Positions 28,215-38,973 of a stretch of DNA of 64,000 bases are shown one piece after another; position 1 is the stretch's first letter; every line of letters starts with the position of its first letter. The position numbers and the translations under genes were made by a program. Location of the stretch: assembly GCA_038884715.1 (NCBI GenBank), contig JAWABG010000001.1:38287-102286 (forward strand), written 5' to 3'. The stretch is from Candidatus Woesearchaeota archaeon (lineage in GTDB: Archaea > Nanobdellota > Nanobdellia > Woesearchaeales > UBA9642). The notes below the pieces were generated by a model. It worked only from the letters and a program-made list of their open reading frames with translations. It ran no database searches and was not told the origin of the DNA.

Positions 28215-31200
28215 TCACGTAACATCTATAAGTATGTGTGGACCGAATGTGTTGCTTAATCTTATCCTTACTTGGTGCCTTTCTTCTTTATTACCCCCCC
28301 TGTCATAACTAAAGTAGTATAATATCTTTTCATAATTGTTGTTGGGAAATTGCAGTTCTATAGGATTAAGAGGATTATACACATTATAGTTTTCATCAAT
28401 AGCACAGTTCGGATTTGAATCAGGATCATCTCCTACAATGCAGTATCTTGTTTCATTACAGCCAAAGTTGAAATCAATTATACCATAATACATCAAAGTT
28501 GGCTTAGTGTCATTACAAATAAATCCTAGTTTGAGCTGTGTATTATTATAAACATAATTTGGATCAAATGGAAGCCCAGTCACAACATTCATTAACGTTG
28601 TAATTGGTGGAAGCTTGTCAATACCAAACAAAATCGAGTCTCCTAAATCTCCTTGTTTTATTTTTCTATAGTTTGTAAAATTACAGGAAGTATAATAACC
28701 GTAAACTCCTGACTCTGTTGTTTCTGTTGTTGACCAATGATATAGGCCTCCTGTTGTTGAAAATGGAGTTCCTGCACTGTAAATAGGGCTTGAATTTTCT
28801 GTAATTCTGTTGTATCTACATTCAGCAATACTTGAAGTATTAACAGAAATTACAACACTATCAGTCCTTAATGTGCCTCTGGGTTGCGGGTTACTAATAC
28901 TCTTATCAGCATTCAGGATTATTTCCTCTTGCCAAGTGCCGAGATTGCCATAGTCATCAACACACTCAACATTCCATGTATAGTGAGCATCACTCATATA
29001 ATAATAATTTGCATTAAATATTTCACTCATTCCGTGGAATCCGCCCGGAATATAAACTAGAGGATTTTCTGGAATTTGAATAATTTTTGATAATCTACCT
29101 TGGCAGATTGCTTTGTCATTTGTTGTGCATACAATTGATAAATTACTAACCCATACATCAGTACTCTGAGCTGTTTCAAACGATTCTATTATATAATTAC
29201 AATAAATAAGCGGAGGTGATGTATCAATATATAACCGCACGCTTTTTACTGGCTCAATATTTTTAGAGAGGTCCTCTGAAAAATAAAGAAGATCATAAAC
29301 TGCAGATGGCATACTTGTTGTTATTGTTTGAAGATTACTCATACCTTGAATATTAGGGTAATCACATGAAGGACGAATAGATGGAGGAGTTGTAAGTATA
29401 TTCCTTGTGTTTCCTTCCCTTAAAGGATTAACTGAACTAACGTAGTTTAGACAAAAATATGTTGTTGTATTCCCACTATAATAATCATCAGATACAAAAT
29501 ACTCAACATTAAAGTTTTCTCCTGCACCATATATTGGATAAATATATCCATCAGTAGCGTTTCTCAATATTATTGTTGTATTAGGTGGGGTATTGTCATG
29601 AATACATTTTATTGGGTCTGTATTATAAGCACAATCATTCAAAAAATTTTGATCAGCATCTTTAATACATTTCAAGACAGAGTCCCATTTACAGGTTCCA
29701 AAACCAAAATAATCATTACTTCTTGTTATAAACTGGTTTGTCCCAGAAACTTTTTTACGATTATTCCAAGAGACATCTATCAACGACTCTTTTCTTCCAA
29801 TACTAGGAACATGATTAATACAATCAGCTTCTGTGTCAAATTCTTTGCACCCCATAATTTTTTTATGAACACAACTTTGACCAGGCAAAACACCACTACC
29901 ATCTCTGTTATAATAGCAATTACCATACAATTTACATAATTCAGTATTACACCCACCAAATAATTCATTACATTTTGAACAATTCTGAAGAGCCTCATTA
30001 ACTGGCCTACAAATACCAATACCGAGTTCTGTGTCTTGGCCAATAGTTTGCCCTAATGGTGCCCATTCACATACAGCAGGGTTTGTAGTAAACTTATTAC
30101 AAGGATCATTTAAACAACTTTCTTTTGATTTATAATCATAGCATGTTGTTACGTTCGTGCAGTATTCGTATTTATTTGTATTAGTAAATGTTTTTTCAAG
30201 GTAGCATATATTATAAACACTCATATCTGAATCTCCCATATCTTTACAGTTTACAGAGTCATAAATATCATCAGAACCTGCATAATAATAATCAACAAAA
30301 AAATTCAAGTATGCAAACATACCATAAATTCCGTTACATTTATCACAGGGACCTTGATAAGCACATTGTGCCTCGGGAGGATCTGCTACATTCATTATAC
30401 AAATTGTGTCAGTGCCACAAGGCAAACTTACTCTCCTATTTGACTCATCACATCTTCCTATAGTGTTATGATCTATACAAAAACTAGTTTGATTTGAATT
30501 ATAACAATAATCATCTCCTGTTGTTAAACATTTTGTATTTGACTCATTTGACTCTCTTCCATTATTAAAGACTGCAGTAATGTTGTAACAATATTCAGTA
30601 TTACTTAGAATATCGTTAGTATCTATATAATTATTATAGTATACTGGAATTTGTGTTAGCCTGCCGTTGTATTTCTTATTTATAATAAAATGATCTAAAC
30701 AATTGCCTCCATTAAATTCCCAGTTTAATCTTAATGCCCTTGTTCTGTTTAGGTGAGAAATATTTTTTAGTACAGGAACTGATTGTTCACAAGTATTTGG
30801 GCAGATTCTTGTTCCTGCACAATCAATTGCACAATAAGGATTACATTCATTATAATCAGGAAGTATTTGACATGTATTATCACCACAGTAAGGATTTGAC
30901 CTACAATGACATTGTCCTAACTCTCCTTTTGGTATACACAAATCTCTTGGACATGTATTTTGTGGAGGCCCTGGCCAAAAATCTGTTCCATTAAGATAAC
31001 ACTCTTCTCCTTGATCGTGATCATTAATACTTCTACAGAATGAATCGTCAGAAATTACGCAATTAATTACATCTATACTTGGAGGACCGTTACAAGTCAA
31101 GTCTATACAGGTTCTTATTTGATAACCCGTGCCACCGCCATAATTATTACATTGAGAAATTGTGCAATCTCCATAAACTGAATTGCAAGGACTTGAACAG

Positions 31201-31808
31201 TTAAGTATTATATCAAGTACTATATTTTCATTATTTATTAAAACATAACTTGTATTTTGCAAACAGCTTTCTCGGGTTGTGATTATTGTATAGGGAATTA
31301 TTCTATTAACAAACCCAGTAAGTGTATATTCTCCTGATGTACTTGTAACAACACTCGGCCCGCCACTTATACCTATTGTAGCTCCTTCTAGAGCATGACC
31401 AAATGTTCCATTATAAACATGACCACTTACAGTATATCGAGTTTGTATTCTTCTTTGACAAAAATTCAAACAACTATCAATTGCTTCAGGATAGTCATTA
31501 ATATAAAAAAATTCCCAAATATTGTTGTTTGGACATATGAACCTATAAATATTAGAATTCTGACCACTGTAAGAGTCGGGTGGATTACAGCAACATCCCA
31601 GATTACAAGAAGGAATTTGATTACAATCAGTGTCATAATATTGGCCTCCTGCCCCAATACATTGTTGTTGCATAATACTAGAATCACATCTTTGACTATG
31701 TATGATGCAGCAGCTCGCACTTACAGAGACAGATAGTGATATTAATGCAAAAAAGAATATAGATAAAACTAAGAATATACTTAACAACCTTGCTTTATTT
31801 TCTAACAT
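28215..31808 (-). CDS. Giant secreted cysteine-rich surface protein (1197 aa) with a carboxypeptidase-regulatory-like beta-sandwich near the N-terminus.
   Basis: Signal peptide MLENKARLLSIFLVLSIFFFALISLSVSVSA. YTVSGHVYNGTFGHALEGATIGISGGPSVVTSTSGEYTLTG is CarboxypepD_reg-like. The protein is extremely Cys-dense throughout and has no C-terminal TM. Confidence 0.55.
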   Translation of the reverse strand: MLENKARLLSIFLVLSIFFFALISLSVSVSASCCIIHSQRCDSSIMQQQCIGAGGQYYDTDCNQIPSCNLGCCCNPPDSYSGQNSNIYRFICPNNNIWEFFYINDYPEAIDSCLNFCQRRIQTRYTVSGHVYNGTFGHALEGATIGISGGPSVVTSTSGEYTLTGFVNRIIPYTIITTRESCLQNTSYVLINNENIVLDIILNCSSPCNSVYGDCTISQCNNYGGGTGYQIRTCIDLTCNGPPSIDVINCVISDDSFCRSINDHDQGEECYLNGTDFWPGPPQNTCPRDLCIPKGELGQCHCRSNPYCGDNTCQILPDYNECNPYCAIDCAGTRICPNTCEQSVPVLKNISHLNRTRALRLNWEFNGGNCLDHFIINKKYNGRLTQIPVYYNNYIDTNDILSNTEYCYNITAVFNNGRESNESNTKCLTTGDDYCYNSNQTSFCIDHNTIGRCDESNRRVSLPCGTDTICIMNVADPPEAQCAYQGPCDKCNGIYGMFAYLNFFVDYYYAGSDDIYDSVNCKDMGDSDMSVYNICYLEKTFTNTNKYEYCTNVTTCYDYKSKESCLNDPCNKFTTNPAVCEWAPLGQTIGQDTELGIGICRPVNEALQNCSKCNELFGGCNTELCKLYGNCYYNRDGSGVLPGQSCVHKKIMGCKEFDTEADCINHVPSIGRKESLIDVSWNNRKKVSGTNQFITRSNDYFGFGTCKWDSVLKCIKDADQNFLNDCAYNTDPIKCIHDNTPPNTTIILRNATDGYIYPIYGAGENFNVEYFVSDDYYSGNTTTYFCLNYVSSVNPLREGNTRNILTTPPSIRPSCDYPNIQGMSNLQTITTSMPSAVYDLLYFSEDLSKNIEPVKSVRLYIDTSPPLIYCNYIIESFETAQSTDVWVSNLSIVCTTNDKAICQGRLSKIIQIPENPLVYIPGGFHGMSEIFNANYYYMSDAHYTWNVECVDDYGNLGTWQEEIILNADKSISNPQPRGTLRTDSVVISVNTSSIAECRYNRITENSSPIYSAGTPFSTTGGLYHWSTTETTESGVYGYYTSCNFTNYRKIKQGDLGDSILFGIDKLPPITTLMNVVTGLPFDPNYVYNNTQLKLGFICNDTKPTLMYYGIIDFNFGCNETRYCIVGDDPDSNPNCAIDENYNVYNPLNPIELQFPNNNYEKILYYFSYDRGGNKEERHQVRIRLSNTFGPHILIDVT

Positions 31809-32102
31809 CTTTTCACAATATTTTTTTATATTTCACTTTTATTCTTACTATTTATTTATTTTTACTATTTTATTATTAATGGCTTGTTAGTATCCTACTT
31901 TTAAATTATTAATTTTATTTTTTATTATGTTGTGTTTTTTCTTATTTCATTTTATATTATTATTTTTATTATTAATTATATTAAAATATTATTATATTAA
32001 AAATTATACTAAAAATTATGTTTCATATATAAATAGTTTGCTGTTTAGAGATATGCGTAATAGACACACCAATCGGGTGTATATGACTCAAACACGGATT
32101 TA

Positions 32103-34943
32103 TTAAGGACAAACCCAACCAATATTTGGATTACATTGAATACTATTGCAATCATTAATATCCTCAAAAAGAGTGCATTGACCAGTTGCATCACAGCTCT
32201 GAGTTCCGTAATAACATATATTACCGTTCACGGTTCCAGCTAGAGGGCAGTAATCTCTATTTTGCTGAAACTGTGACGGCGTACATATTTCTTTATAGCA
32301 GTAATTGTTAACTAAACATATTGGATTAGATTGAGTGCAAAAAGTTGTGTGAGTTGTAAATGTACAAGAATTATAATTACAATAGTTCTCACAAATATTT
32401 TGATTCCATCTAACGTCATTTGTTCTATCATCACATTGTGCATTACACACAGGGGCTCCTTCAATATCTTCTCGTTCATTTGGAATCCCGTCTGAACAGT
32501 GCAATGTATTAATAATAGGTCTATTACATAAACCAGTATTACATCCTGCTTTTGCAACAAAGACCCCTCCCTCTCCATAAACATTTTGTGATGAACATGC
32601 ATATGCCTCATTACATATTCCATCTGCTTGTTCACCACCCCCTGCATTAAAGCCAAATATCTGTTCAAATGTTTGAGCACTGTGTTGATTTTGATAATAA
32701 ACACACATAACTTGCTGCGGTTGGGGATCTGTGGGAGGTCCCATACATCTTTCTGCTCCGGGATTTATATTGTCATAATCCGGACAAACTGTTTCAAGAG
32801 TTCTTATTTCTTGAGCATCACCATTACAAATATTTCCTCTTTCACCATCACATTTTCTTGTAAATTCTCTTCTAAAAACATCATTAACTGCATTTGTTTC
32901 TGATATTCCTTGCAAATTAAAATTAATTGGATGACCGAAAGGAATTATATCGCTAAAATCATTCATCTGTCCCCACTCAATTTTATTATAACAAATAGTT
33001 GTTGATGGAGCAAGAGACCAAGTACTGGGTTCATCCATCTCACCCATACAGCAAGAATGATTAGCCATCCATGCATCTGTTGTGTTATATGGAAATGCGA
33101 AAGAGTTATTTCTGTGAGGCAAACAATGTTTTACATCAAGTTCTAGTATTGCGGGAGTGCTATATCTAGTGGGATTTGTTGCTCTAACAATTAAAGAAAT
33201 ATTATGTTTTTGAGGTATAGAAAAATTTAATGGACGGATATTTAATATATCGAATGTTTCACCTGGGATTGTTAAAAAAGGAATGGTTGTATTATAATAA
33301 AAAACTTGAAGTAGTATATCGAGTAGTGATGTGGTTCCATTCCAAAAATAAGTATTTATCTCTCCTCCGAATTGAACTCTTGAATTAATTGCGTTAAAAA
33401 AATATGGATCTTCAACAGAAGCAAATTCATCAGGAATATCATTATAAAGATTAGAACCGTTTATTTTAGCAATTGGCAAGTCAAATATTAGAATTTTAAC
33501 GGTTTGAAAATCAAGTAATCCTTCATCATCCCAAGCAGATATATTAACTTCATGATATCCTATATCTGAGCTATTTGTTTTGTAACTTGCACTAATATTT
33601 GTTTGCAAAAACAAACTAGACCTCGTCCAATTTTTTTGTTGAGTGTTATAATGTATCATGCATCTTGAAATATTTTCCAAACTTGTGTCTTGACAACTAT
33701 TATCAAAAAGATCATCATAATCCTCTTTCCATCCCGAATAATTATACTTTATGGCGTCTTCATCAGGATCAGATGCATTCGGATAAAAATATATTGTCTG
33801 ATTTTCAATTATCTGCAAATCTATAAATCTTGTTTGTAAATCGTTTTGGTGAATATAGTCAAGAGCTGGTCTTCTGTTTTTTATTGAAAATTGAAACAAG
33901 TATGGCTTTCCCCGCATCATCGACAAATTATCTGTAATTACAATTACATCATCAAACCTTGTGTTCGGATTATTTGGCTGAACATTGTTATAAAATTTTA
34001 TGTTAAAATTTGTATCCCAAGAATTCAGTGTCCAATACTCCTTAGTTTTGTTAAAATATATATCACTAACATCCTTCTGAATCAATTCAAAAACATAATT
34101 GTAAATATTTATTATTCTAATATTTGAATCATAACTGAAAGAATGATATCTTAGAAAAGGTTTTCCTTTCACTATCACTTCAAATGGAAATTCAACTTTA
34201 ACATTAAATCCTGATTTTCCAAAAGTTACTGTTGTATTTATATTCTCTTTAAGAGTAATATTTTCAACGTAATAAGAATAATGAGAAAAATTAATACAGC
34301 TCGGGAGTTTTTTATTAATATAGTCTTCCAATTGCTCTTGAATGCTGATTTGACCTATGCCAGAATATGTCTGATAATCGCAGCTAATGTTTAAAGATGC
34401 AAAATTACTAACACCAATTCTGTTGGATCCTAGTCTATTACATAATTTTGTAATATTATTTAATCCAAAAAAACCTCCAGGAGTAGTATAATAGTTGCAT
34501 TCACTTCTAATATAATGTGGTCTAAGATTGACAAAATAGCTATACTCTAAAGGATATTCTGGTGGATATAGTTTTACTAGTGGACAAAGAGTGTTGGGTA
34601 TTACTCCATAAGAAACATCATAAGAATTGTTTGAGGTATTAAAAACCAAATAATTTACTCCGAGTATTCCTTTTTCAAATAACCCTTGTTGCTCAGATGT
34701 ATTATAAATTCTTCCTCCTTGCTCCCCGAGTAATATCAATCCTTCATTTGTAGTAATTTCAAGACAGTCTGTAACATACTTCTGTAAAGAAGATTGCAAA
34801 ATAAATTCTGAGAGCGCCTTGTCTGCCAAAACAATATTTCTATTAGATTGAAGTAGTAACTTTGCATAAAACATAAAACCAAATACAAATATTATAACTA
34901 TAACTAGCAAAATAAATATAGTAAACTGCCCTCTTTTTTGCAT
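32103..34943 (-). CDS. Large surface protein (946 aa) with a class III (pilin-like) signal peptide and a very Cys-rich C-terminal region.
   Basis: MQKRGQFTIFILLVIVIIFVFGFMFYAKLL (KRG then Q, and a hydrophobic helix). The C-terminal 300 aa contain more than 40 Cys. Confidence 0.55.
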   Translation of the reverse strand: MQKRGQFTIFILLVIVIIFVFGFMFYAKLLLQSNRNIVLADKALSEFILQSSLQKYVTDCLEITTNEGLILLGEQGGRIYNTSEQQGLFEKGILGVNYLVFNTSNNSYDVSYGVIPNTLCPLVKLYPPEYPLEYSYFVNLRPHYIRSECNYYTTPGGFFGLNNITKLCNRLGSNRIGVSNFASLNISCDYQTYSGIGQISIQEQLEDYINKKLPSCINFSHYSYYVENITLKENINTTVTFGKSGFNVKVEFPFEVIVKGKPFLRYHSFSYDSNIRIINIYNYVFELIQKDVSDIYFNKTKEYWTLNSWDTNFNIKFYNNVQPNNPNTRFDDVIVITDNLSMMRGKPYLFQFSIKNRRPALDYIHQNDLQTRFIDLQIIENQTIYFYPNASDPDEDAIKYNYSGWKEDYDDLFDNSCQDTSLENISRCMIHYNTQQKNWTRSSLFLQTNISASYKTNSSDIGYHEVNISAWDDEGLLDFQTVKILIFDLPIAKINGSNLYNDIPDEFASVEDPYFFNAINSRVQFGGEINTYFWNGTTSLLDILLQVFYYNTTIPFLTIPGETFDILNIRPLNFSIPQKHNISLIVRATNPTRYSTPAILELDVKHCLPHRNNSFAFPYNTTDAWMANHSCCMGEMDEPSTWSLAPSTTICYNKIEWGQMNDFSDIIPFGHPINFNLQGISETNAVNDVFRREFTRKCDGERGNICNGDAQEIRTLETVCPDYDNINPGAERCMGPPTDPQPQQVMCVYYQNQHSAQTFEQIFGFNAGGGEQADGICNEAYACSSQNVYGEGGVFVAKAGCNTGLCNRPIINTLHCSDGIPNEREDIEGAPVCNAQCDDRTNDVRWNQNICENYCNYNSCTFTTHTTFCTQSNPICLVNNYCYKEICTPSQFQQNRDYCPLAGTVNGNICYYGTQSCDATGQCTLFEDINDCNSIQCNPNIGWVCP

Positions 34944-35100
34944 AACATATATTATCGGGAGAATATTATTTATAAAATTATTGTTAAAACAAAAATTTTC
35001 AAAAAATTTTAATTAATAAAATTAATAATGTATAATATTTTTAAATTCCTTTCTGATAATTAATTTGAAAAGATTATATGACAATAACAGTTTTATTTTT

Positions 35101-35496
35101 TTAAGATTTGTCTTTTTTAGGTTTTTCTTTTTTTTCATTTTTTGCTTTTTTTTTCTGTTCTACCACAGATTTCTTTTTAGTATTTAAATCAAATATTTTT
35201 TCTTTAGTCTTTCTTTGATGAATAGGTCTGCTTGTTTTCTGTTTTGGCTTTTTGTCAACAATATCTAAACCCAACTCTTTAAAGACTTTCACAACATCAG
35301 AATGTGATGCGCCTTTCTTGATATCAACAACATCTGCTAAAGGTTCCAAATGCTTAACATTAACTTTTTTTCTTCGCGTAAGCCCATCAATTAGCACATA
35401 ATTAGAATCAATTTTGTCAATAATAACACATTTTTTATTGCTATCCCTTCCTGCAATTTTTACACACAATCTTCCTACTTCCATCATTTTAGTCAC
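35101..35496 (-). CDS. rpl14e: Ribosomal protein L14e (eL14), KOW domain.
   Basis: MEVGRLCVKIAGRDSNKKCVIIDKIDSNYVLIDGLTRRKKVNVKHLEP. K/E-rich tail. Confidence 0.85.
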   Translation of the reverse strand: MTKMMEVGRLCVKIAGRDSNKKCVIIDKIDSNYVLIDGLTRRKKVNVKHLEPLADVVDIKKGASHSDVVKVFKELGLDIVDKKPKQKTSRPIHQRKTKEKIFDLNTKKKSVVEQKKKAKNEKKEKPKKDKS

Positions 35497-35553
35497 CTCT
35501 CCTCTCAGAAATGCATTCGTCGCCGAGATGCAAAAGAGGATATTAATTTAACT

Positions 35554-35823
35554 TTAATTTATTTGTCTAGCGTAACTCTTAATTGTTTCTCTTGAACATG
35601 AACTACACAACACGCCACCGTAGGGCCTTTCAGGTCTTTTTTTAGTTTTTGGCATGTTATGCATTTTATAAGGTCTTTCACGCGGAACTCCCTTAAGCAC
35701 AGCACCACAATTAGCACAATGAGCTATTTTAGGCTTTCTTTTTAAGTATCTTGCTACAGTACTTTTTGTAACTCTTACTTTAACTCGTCTATAACTTCTT
35801 GATCTTAAACTTGGTCTTACCAT
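35554..35823 (-). CDS. rpl34e: Ribosomal protein L34e (eL34).
   Basis: MVRPSLRSRSYRRVKVRVT...CANCGAVLKGV...YGGVLCSSC, with zinc-ribbon cysteines. Confidence 0.85.
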   Translation of the reverse strand: MVRPSLRSRSYRRVKVRVTKSTVARYLKRKPKIAHCANCGAVLKGVPRERPYKMHNMPKTKKRPERPYGGVLCSSCSRETIKSYARQIN

Positions 35824-35964
35824 AGACGTGAGAAATTGGCGGGTGTTTATAAAGTTTATGGGATGGTTAGTTTGAATATTTACTTTATTCCTTTATTTAT
35901 TCTAATAATTTAGAAAAAATAACATAGAATCTGGTAAAGGCTCACAATACAAAAATAAAAATAA

Positions 35965-36708
35965 TTAATATACTTTCATAATCTTTCTTAAGCCAATACT
36001 CATTAATATTGAAAAAATAATATAAACCCATATCCAAGACAATCTCCCAATAACAGGAACTCCTTCAAAAGGTTTTATTTCTTTATTTCCAATAATTATT
36101 TTTTTGAATTCTTTAGTTTTGTCATTAACTGCCAAAACTGGCTGTTCATATTTTCTCAAAGAAGAAATTACTAATTTTTTATCATATGTGTTGTTCTTGT
36201 ATATAAATGTCAGCACATAACTTCCTTCCTCTCCACTCAAAACCCAGTCAGCTTTGGTGTTGTCAACAATATTTTTCGTTTTTTTATCTATTTTAAGGGG
36301 AGGATTTGACTCAAGAGTTACAGTAGGTTGTGTTGCTCTATCAAAAATCGCGGTCACATTAAATTCTGTGTTTGGTAGTATTTGTTCATATGCAATATGG
36401 CTGTTAAGCCAAGCAAATAAAATAATAATTGGCAGAAATGTATAAAGAGTGCTCTTAAATGAATGTTTCATATACTTAAAATTTACTTCCATTGACTTTT
36501 TTTGAATCTCCATAAGCTTCTTTGTGTTGTTTTTCGCTTCCCTCATCTCTTTTTGATACTTACTGAGCTGCTCCTTAAGTCTCTTCATTTCTTTTTGATC
36601 AGTTGTATACTTATAAACAAGTATAATTACAAAATTAATTACAAAACAAATTAGAAATATAGCTAAACCTGGATGAATGTGCCACAAAAAAAAGTTGTCG
36701 AGTACCAT
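35965..36708 (-). CDS. DUF106 / YidC-Oxa1-EMC3-like membrane protein, in the conserved slot where the MJ0480 homolog sits after secY.
   Basis: TM1 GLAIFLICFVINFVIILVY. Coiled-coil KEMKRLKEQLSKYQKEMREAK...KKLMEIQKK. TM2. A 130-aa extracytoplasmic insert. C-terminal TM. Position between secY and L34e/L14e matches archaeal synteny. Confidence 0.5.
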   Translation of the reverse strand: MVLDNFFLWHIHPGLAIFLICFVINFVIILVYKYTTDQKEMKRLKEQLSKYQKEMREAKNNTKKLMEIQKKSMEVNFKYMKHSFKSTLYTFLPIIILFAWLNSHIAYEQILPNTEFNVTAIFDRATQPTVTLESNPPLKIDKKTKNIVDNTKADWVLSGEEGSYVLTFIYKNNTYDKKLVISSLRKYEQPVLAVNDKTKEFKKIIIGNKEIKPFEGVPVIGRLSWIWVYIIFSILMSIGLRKIMKVY

Positions 36709-36835
36709 GTTTATTTTATCGGTTATTTTTATTTTATTTTAACTTGTATTTATAAATGTGATCAACAAATATGTATCCATTAAAAATATGTATTCATAAG
36801 TAAATAATTTAATTTATTATTTGCAGAGACAAGAG

Positions 36836-38218
36836 TTAGCCTCCCATGAATTTTCTCATCATTGGATTCATATCCATCAAGTGTTGACGAGCAATATCTT
36901 CATATAATCTGTAAATTATCATAACAGTTAGCAATATTCCAGTTCCTCTAGACAGTGCTCCTAATAAGTCCGCAGTTGCTGCAAGTAATCCCACGGCTAT
37001 TGCACCCATCACTGTTAGTGGCCAGATGTATCTGTTTAAATGCCTTTCAAGAACTCTTTCATCTCTTCTGAATCCTGGCATTTGCCAACCATAACTCATC
37101 ATCTGTTTTGCTTGGCTTTTCGCATCTAATCCTGCACTCTGAACCCAAAAAATACTGAAAATAATAGAACCTACAATCATAACAAGGAGGTAAAGGAATA
37201 CATAACCAATTAATGACCAAGTAACAGTGCCTGTTATTATACTTTTTAAAAGCTCAACTCCTTGCAACCATTGTAATGACTGAGCATTTGCTCCAAACAG
37301 AGTTGCAAATAATTGCACATTGGCCAATAAGGCCGCGATAAGAATTACTGGAATATTACTTGTATAAATAAAATTCAGCGGCCATCTTACTCCATGACCT
37401 CTTATCCTGCCATAACTAAGGGGTATTTCAACTTTCATTGATTGAGCATAAATTGAAATAGCAAATATTAAGGCAGTTGCGAGTATTGATGCTACTGCTA
37501 AAAGAAATAACTGTGGACTTCCTCCAACTAGACCCATATACATCTCCCATAATCTTCCTGCAGCATTCTCTACTCCTCCAAACGGCTGACCAAAAGCACC
37601 TGTATTTGCAAGAGGAGACAATAGCTTAATGAATATTTCTTGACTAACCCCCGCAGCAATAAATAAACTAATACCCGACCCAAACCCCCATTTGCTTACT
37701 ACCTCATCCATAAATAAAACAATAAGGCCTCCTATTGTTAGTTGAACTATTAAAATAAGTTGTAAGGAAAAATATAGGCTTGAGCCTCGCGTAACCACAC
37801 CCCCTAGTGCACCATCGGGACTTAATCCCCCCATGAAAACATAGATTCCTGCTTCAAGAATAATAAAAAATATTGACATTAATTTTTGTAATCCTTGAAA
37901 TTTTGCTCTTTCATCAGGTTTAGTTAGATCGAATTTTAACATACCTGTTCCGTTTAATAATTGCAACACAATGCCTGCTGTAACAATTGGACCTATTCCT
38001 AAACTAACTAAGCTACCAAAACTTGCTCCGAGTATTATTGACAAGTACTGGAATTGTGCAAGAGAATTAGTACCTAACCCAAATAAAGGTATTGTTCCCA
38101 TTATAAAAAATAAAATAAGAATAATAAGTGTCCATGTTAGTTTTGTCTTGAACTGAAGCCTTTTCTGAGTGGGACCGGCAACTTCAGGAAGATTTGTAAG
38201 GAATGATGTGAATGACAT
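36836..38218 (-). CDS. secY: Preprotein translocase subunit SecY.
   Basis: 10-TM protein with GTIPLFGLG and IQLLNGTGML segments. Terminal gene of the r-protein cluster. Confidence 0.9.
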   Translation of the reverse strand: MSFTSFLTNLPEVAGPTQKRLQFKTKLTWTLIILILFFIMGTIPLFGLGTNSLAQFQYLSIILGASFGSLVSLGIGPIVTAGIVLQLLNGTGMLKFDLTKPDERAKFQGLQKLMSIFFIILEAGIYVFMGGLSPDGALGGVVTRGSSLYFSLQLILIVQLTIGGLIVLFMDEVVSKWGFGSGISLFIAAGVSQEIFIKLLSPLANTGAFGQPFGGVENAAGRLWEMYMGLVGGSPQLFLLAVASILATALIFAISIYAQSMKVEIPLSYGRIRGHGVRWPLNFIYTSNIPVILIAALLANVQLFATLFGANAQSLQWLQGVELLKSIITGTVTWSLIGYVFLYLLVMIVGSIIFSIFWVQSAGLDAKSQAKQMMSYGWQMPGFRRDERVLERHLNRYIWPLTVMGAIAVGLLAATADLLGALSRGTGILLTVMIIYRLYEDIARQHLMDMNPMMRKFMGG

Positions 38219-38360
38219 TTTTTATATTTTTATAAATGTTTTTTAATATTTATATCTCTTTTTTTTAAAAAAAAAATCTTCTTTTTAATAAATTATATTT
38301 TTAATAAAAATTATATTTTTAATAAATTTAATAAATATCATTTTTGTAGTGCCACCTTAA

Positions 38361-38954
38361 TTATCTATAATCAGTATTATTCTTCTTTAATTCTTCTTTA
38401 GCATCGCCTTGTTCCATCTCAGTTTTTTCTTTTTTTTCAGTCTTAATTTTGTTCTTATCTTTTTTCTTTTTTAAAATATTTACTTCCCCACCAGCACTCT
38501 GAATTTTCTCTAAAGAAGTTTTTGACGCTTCATTACAAGTTATTTTGAATTTTTTCTTAGTATACCCTATTCCTAAAAGTTTATCGGCTTTAATATCATT
38601 TAAATTGATTATAAAAAAATCATTTTCTTTTTTTGCCTTTCCTTCTTGGACGTATTTTTCAATTTTTTTATCGAGCATAAAAATATTTATAGTTTTACTT
38701 ACTTTATTTTCTCTTTGATTTGTGCTAATAAATCCGTGTTTTCCAAAATATTTATTGTTGTGCCAGTATGAAGGCTTTTTAGCACCTGCACTGCCAGAAT
38801 TACCTGCTCCGCCATGATGCCCTGCTCCTCTATGCTTTTTATGACTACCCCATCCGTGGCTTCTGCCTCCGAGCAATCTTCTGTGTTTTTTTCTTTTAAT
38901 AAAAACCATTTTTTTACTACCTTCCTTTTTTTTAAATTTTAACATAAAATTCAA
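38361..38954 (-). CDS. rpl15: Ribosomal protein L15 (uL15).
   Basis: GRSHGWGSHKKHRGAGHHGGAGNSGSAGAKKP. K/E-rich C-terminal tail. Confidence 0.85.
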   Translation of the reverse strand: MNFMLKFKKKEGSKKMVFIKRKKHRRLLGGRSHGWGSHKKHRGAGHHGGAGNSGSAGAKKPSYWHNNKYFGKHGFISTNQRENKVSKTINIFMLDKKIEKYVQEGKAKKENDFFIINLNDIKADKLLGIGYTKKKFKITCNEASKTSLEKIQSAGGEVNILKKKKDKNKIKTEKKEKTEMEQGDAKEELKKNNTDYR

Positions 38955-38973
38955 AAGGATTAAATAAACAGTA

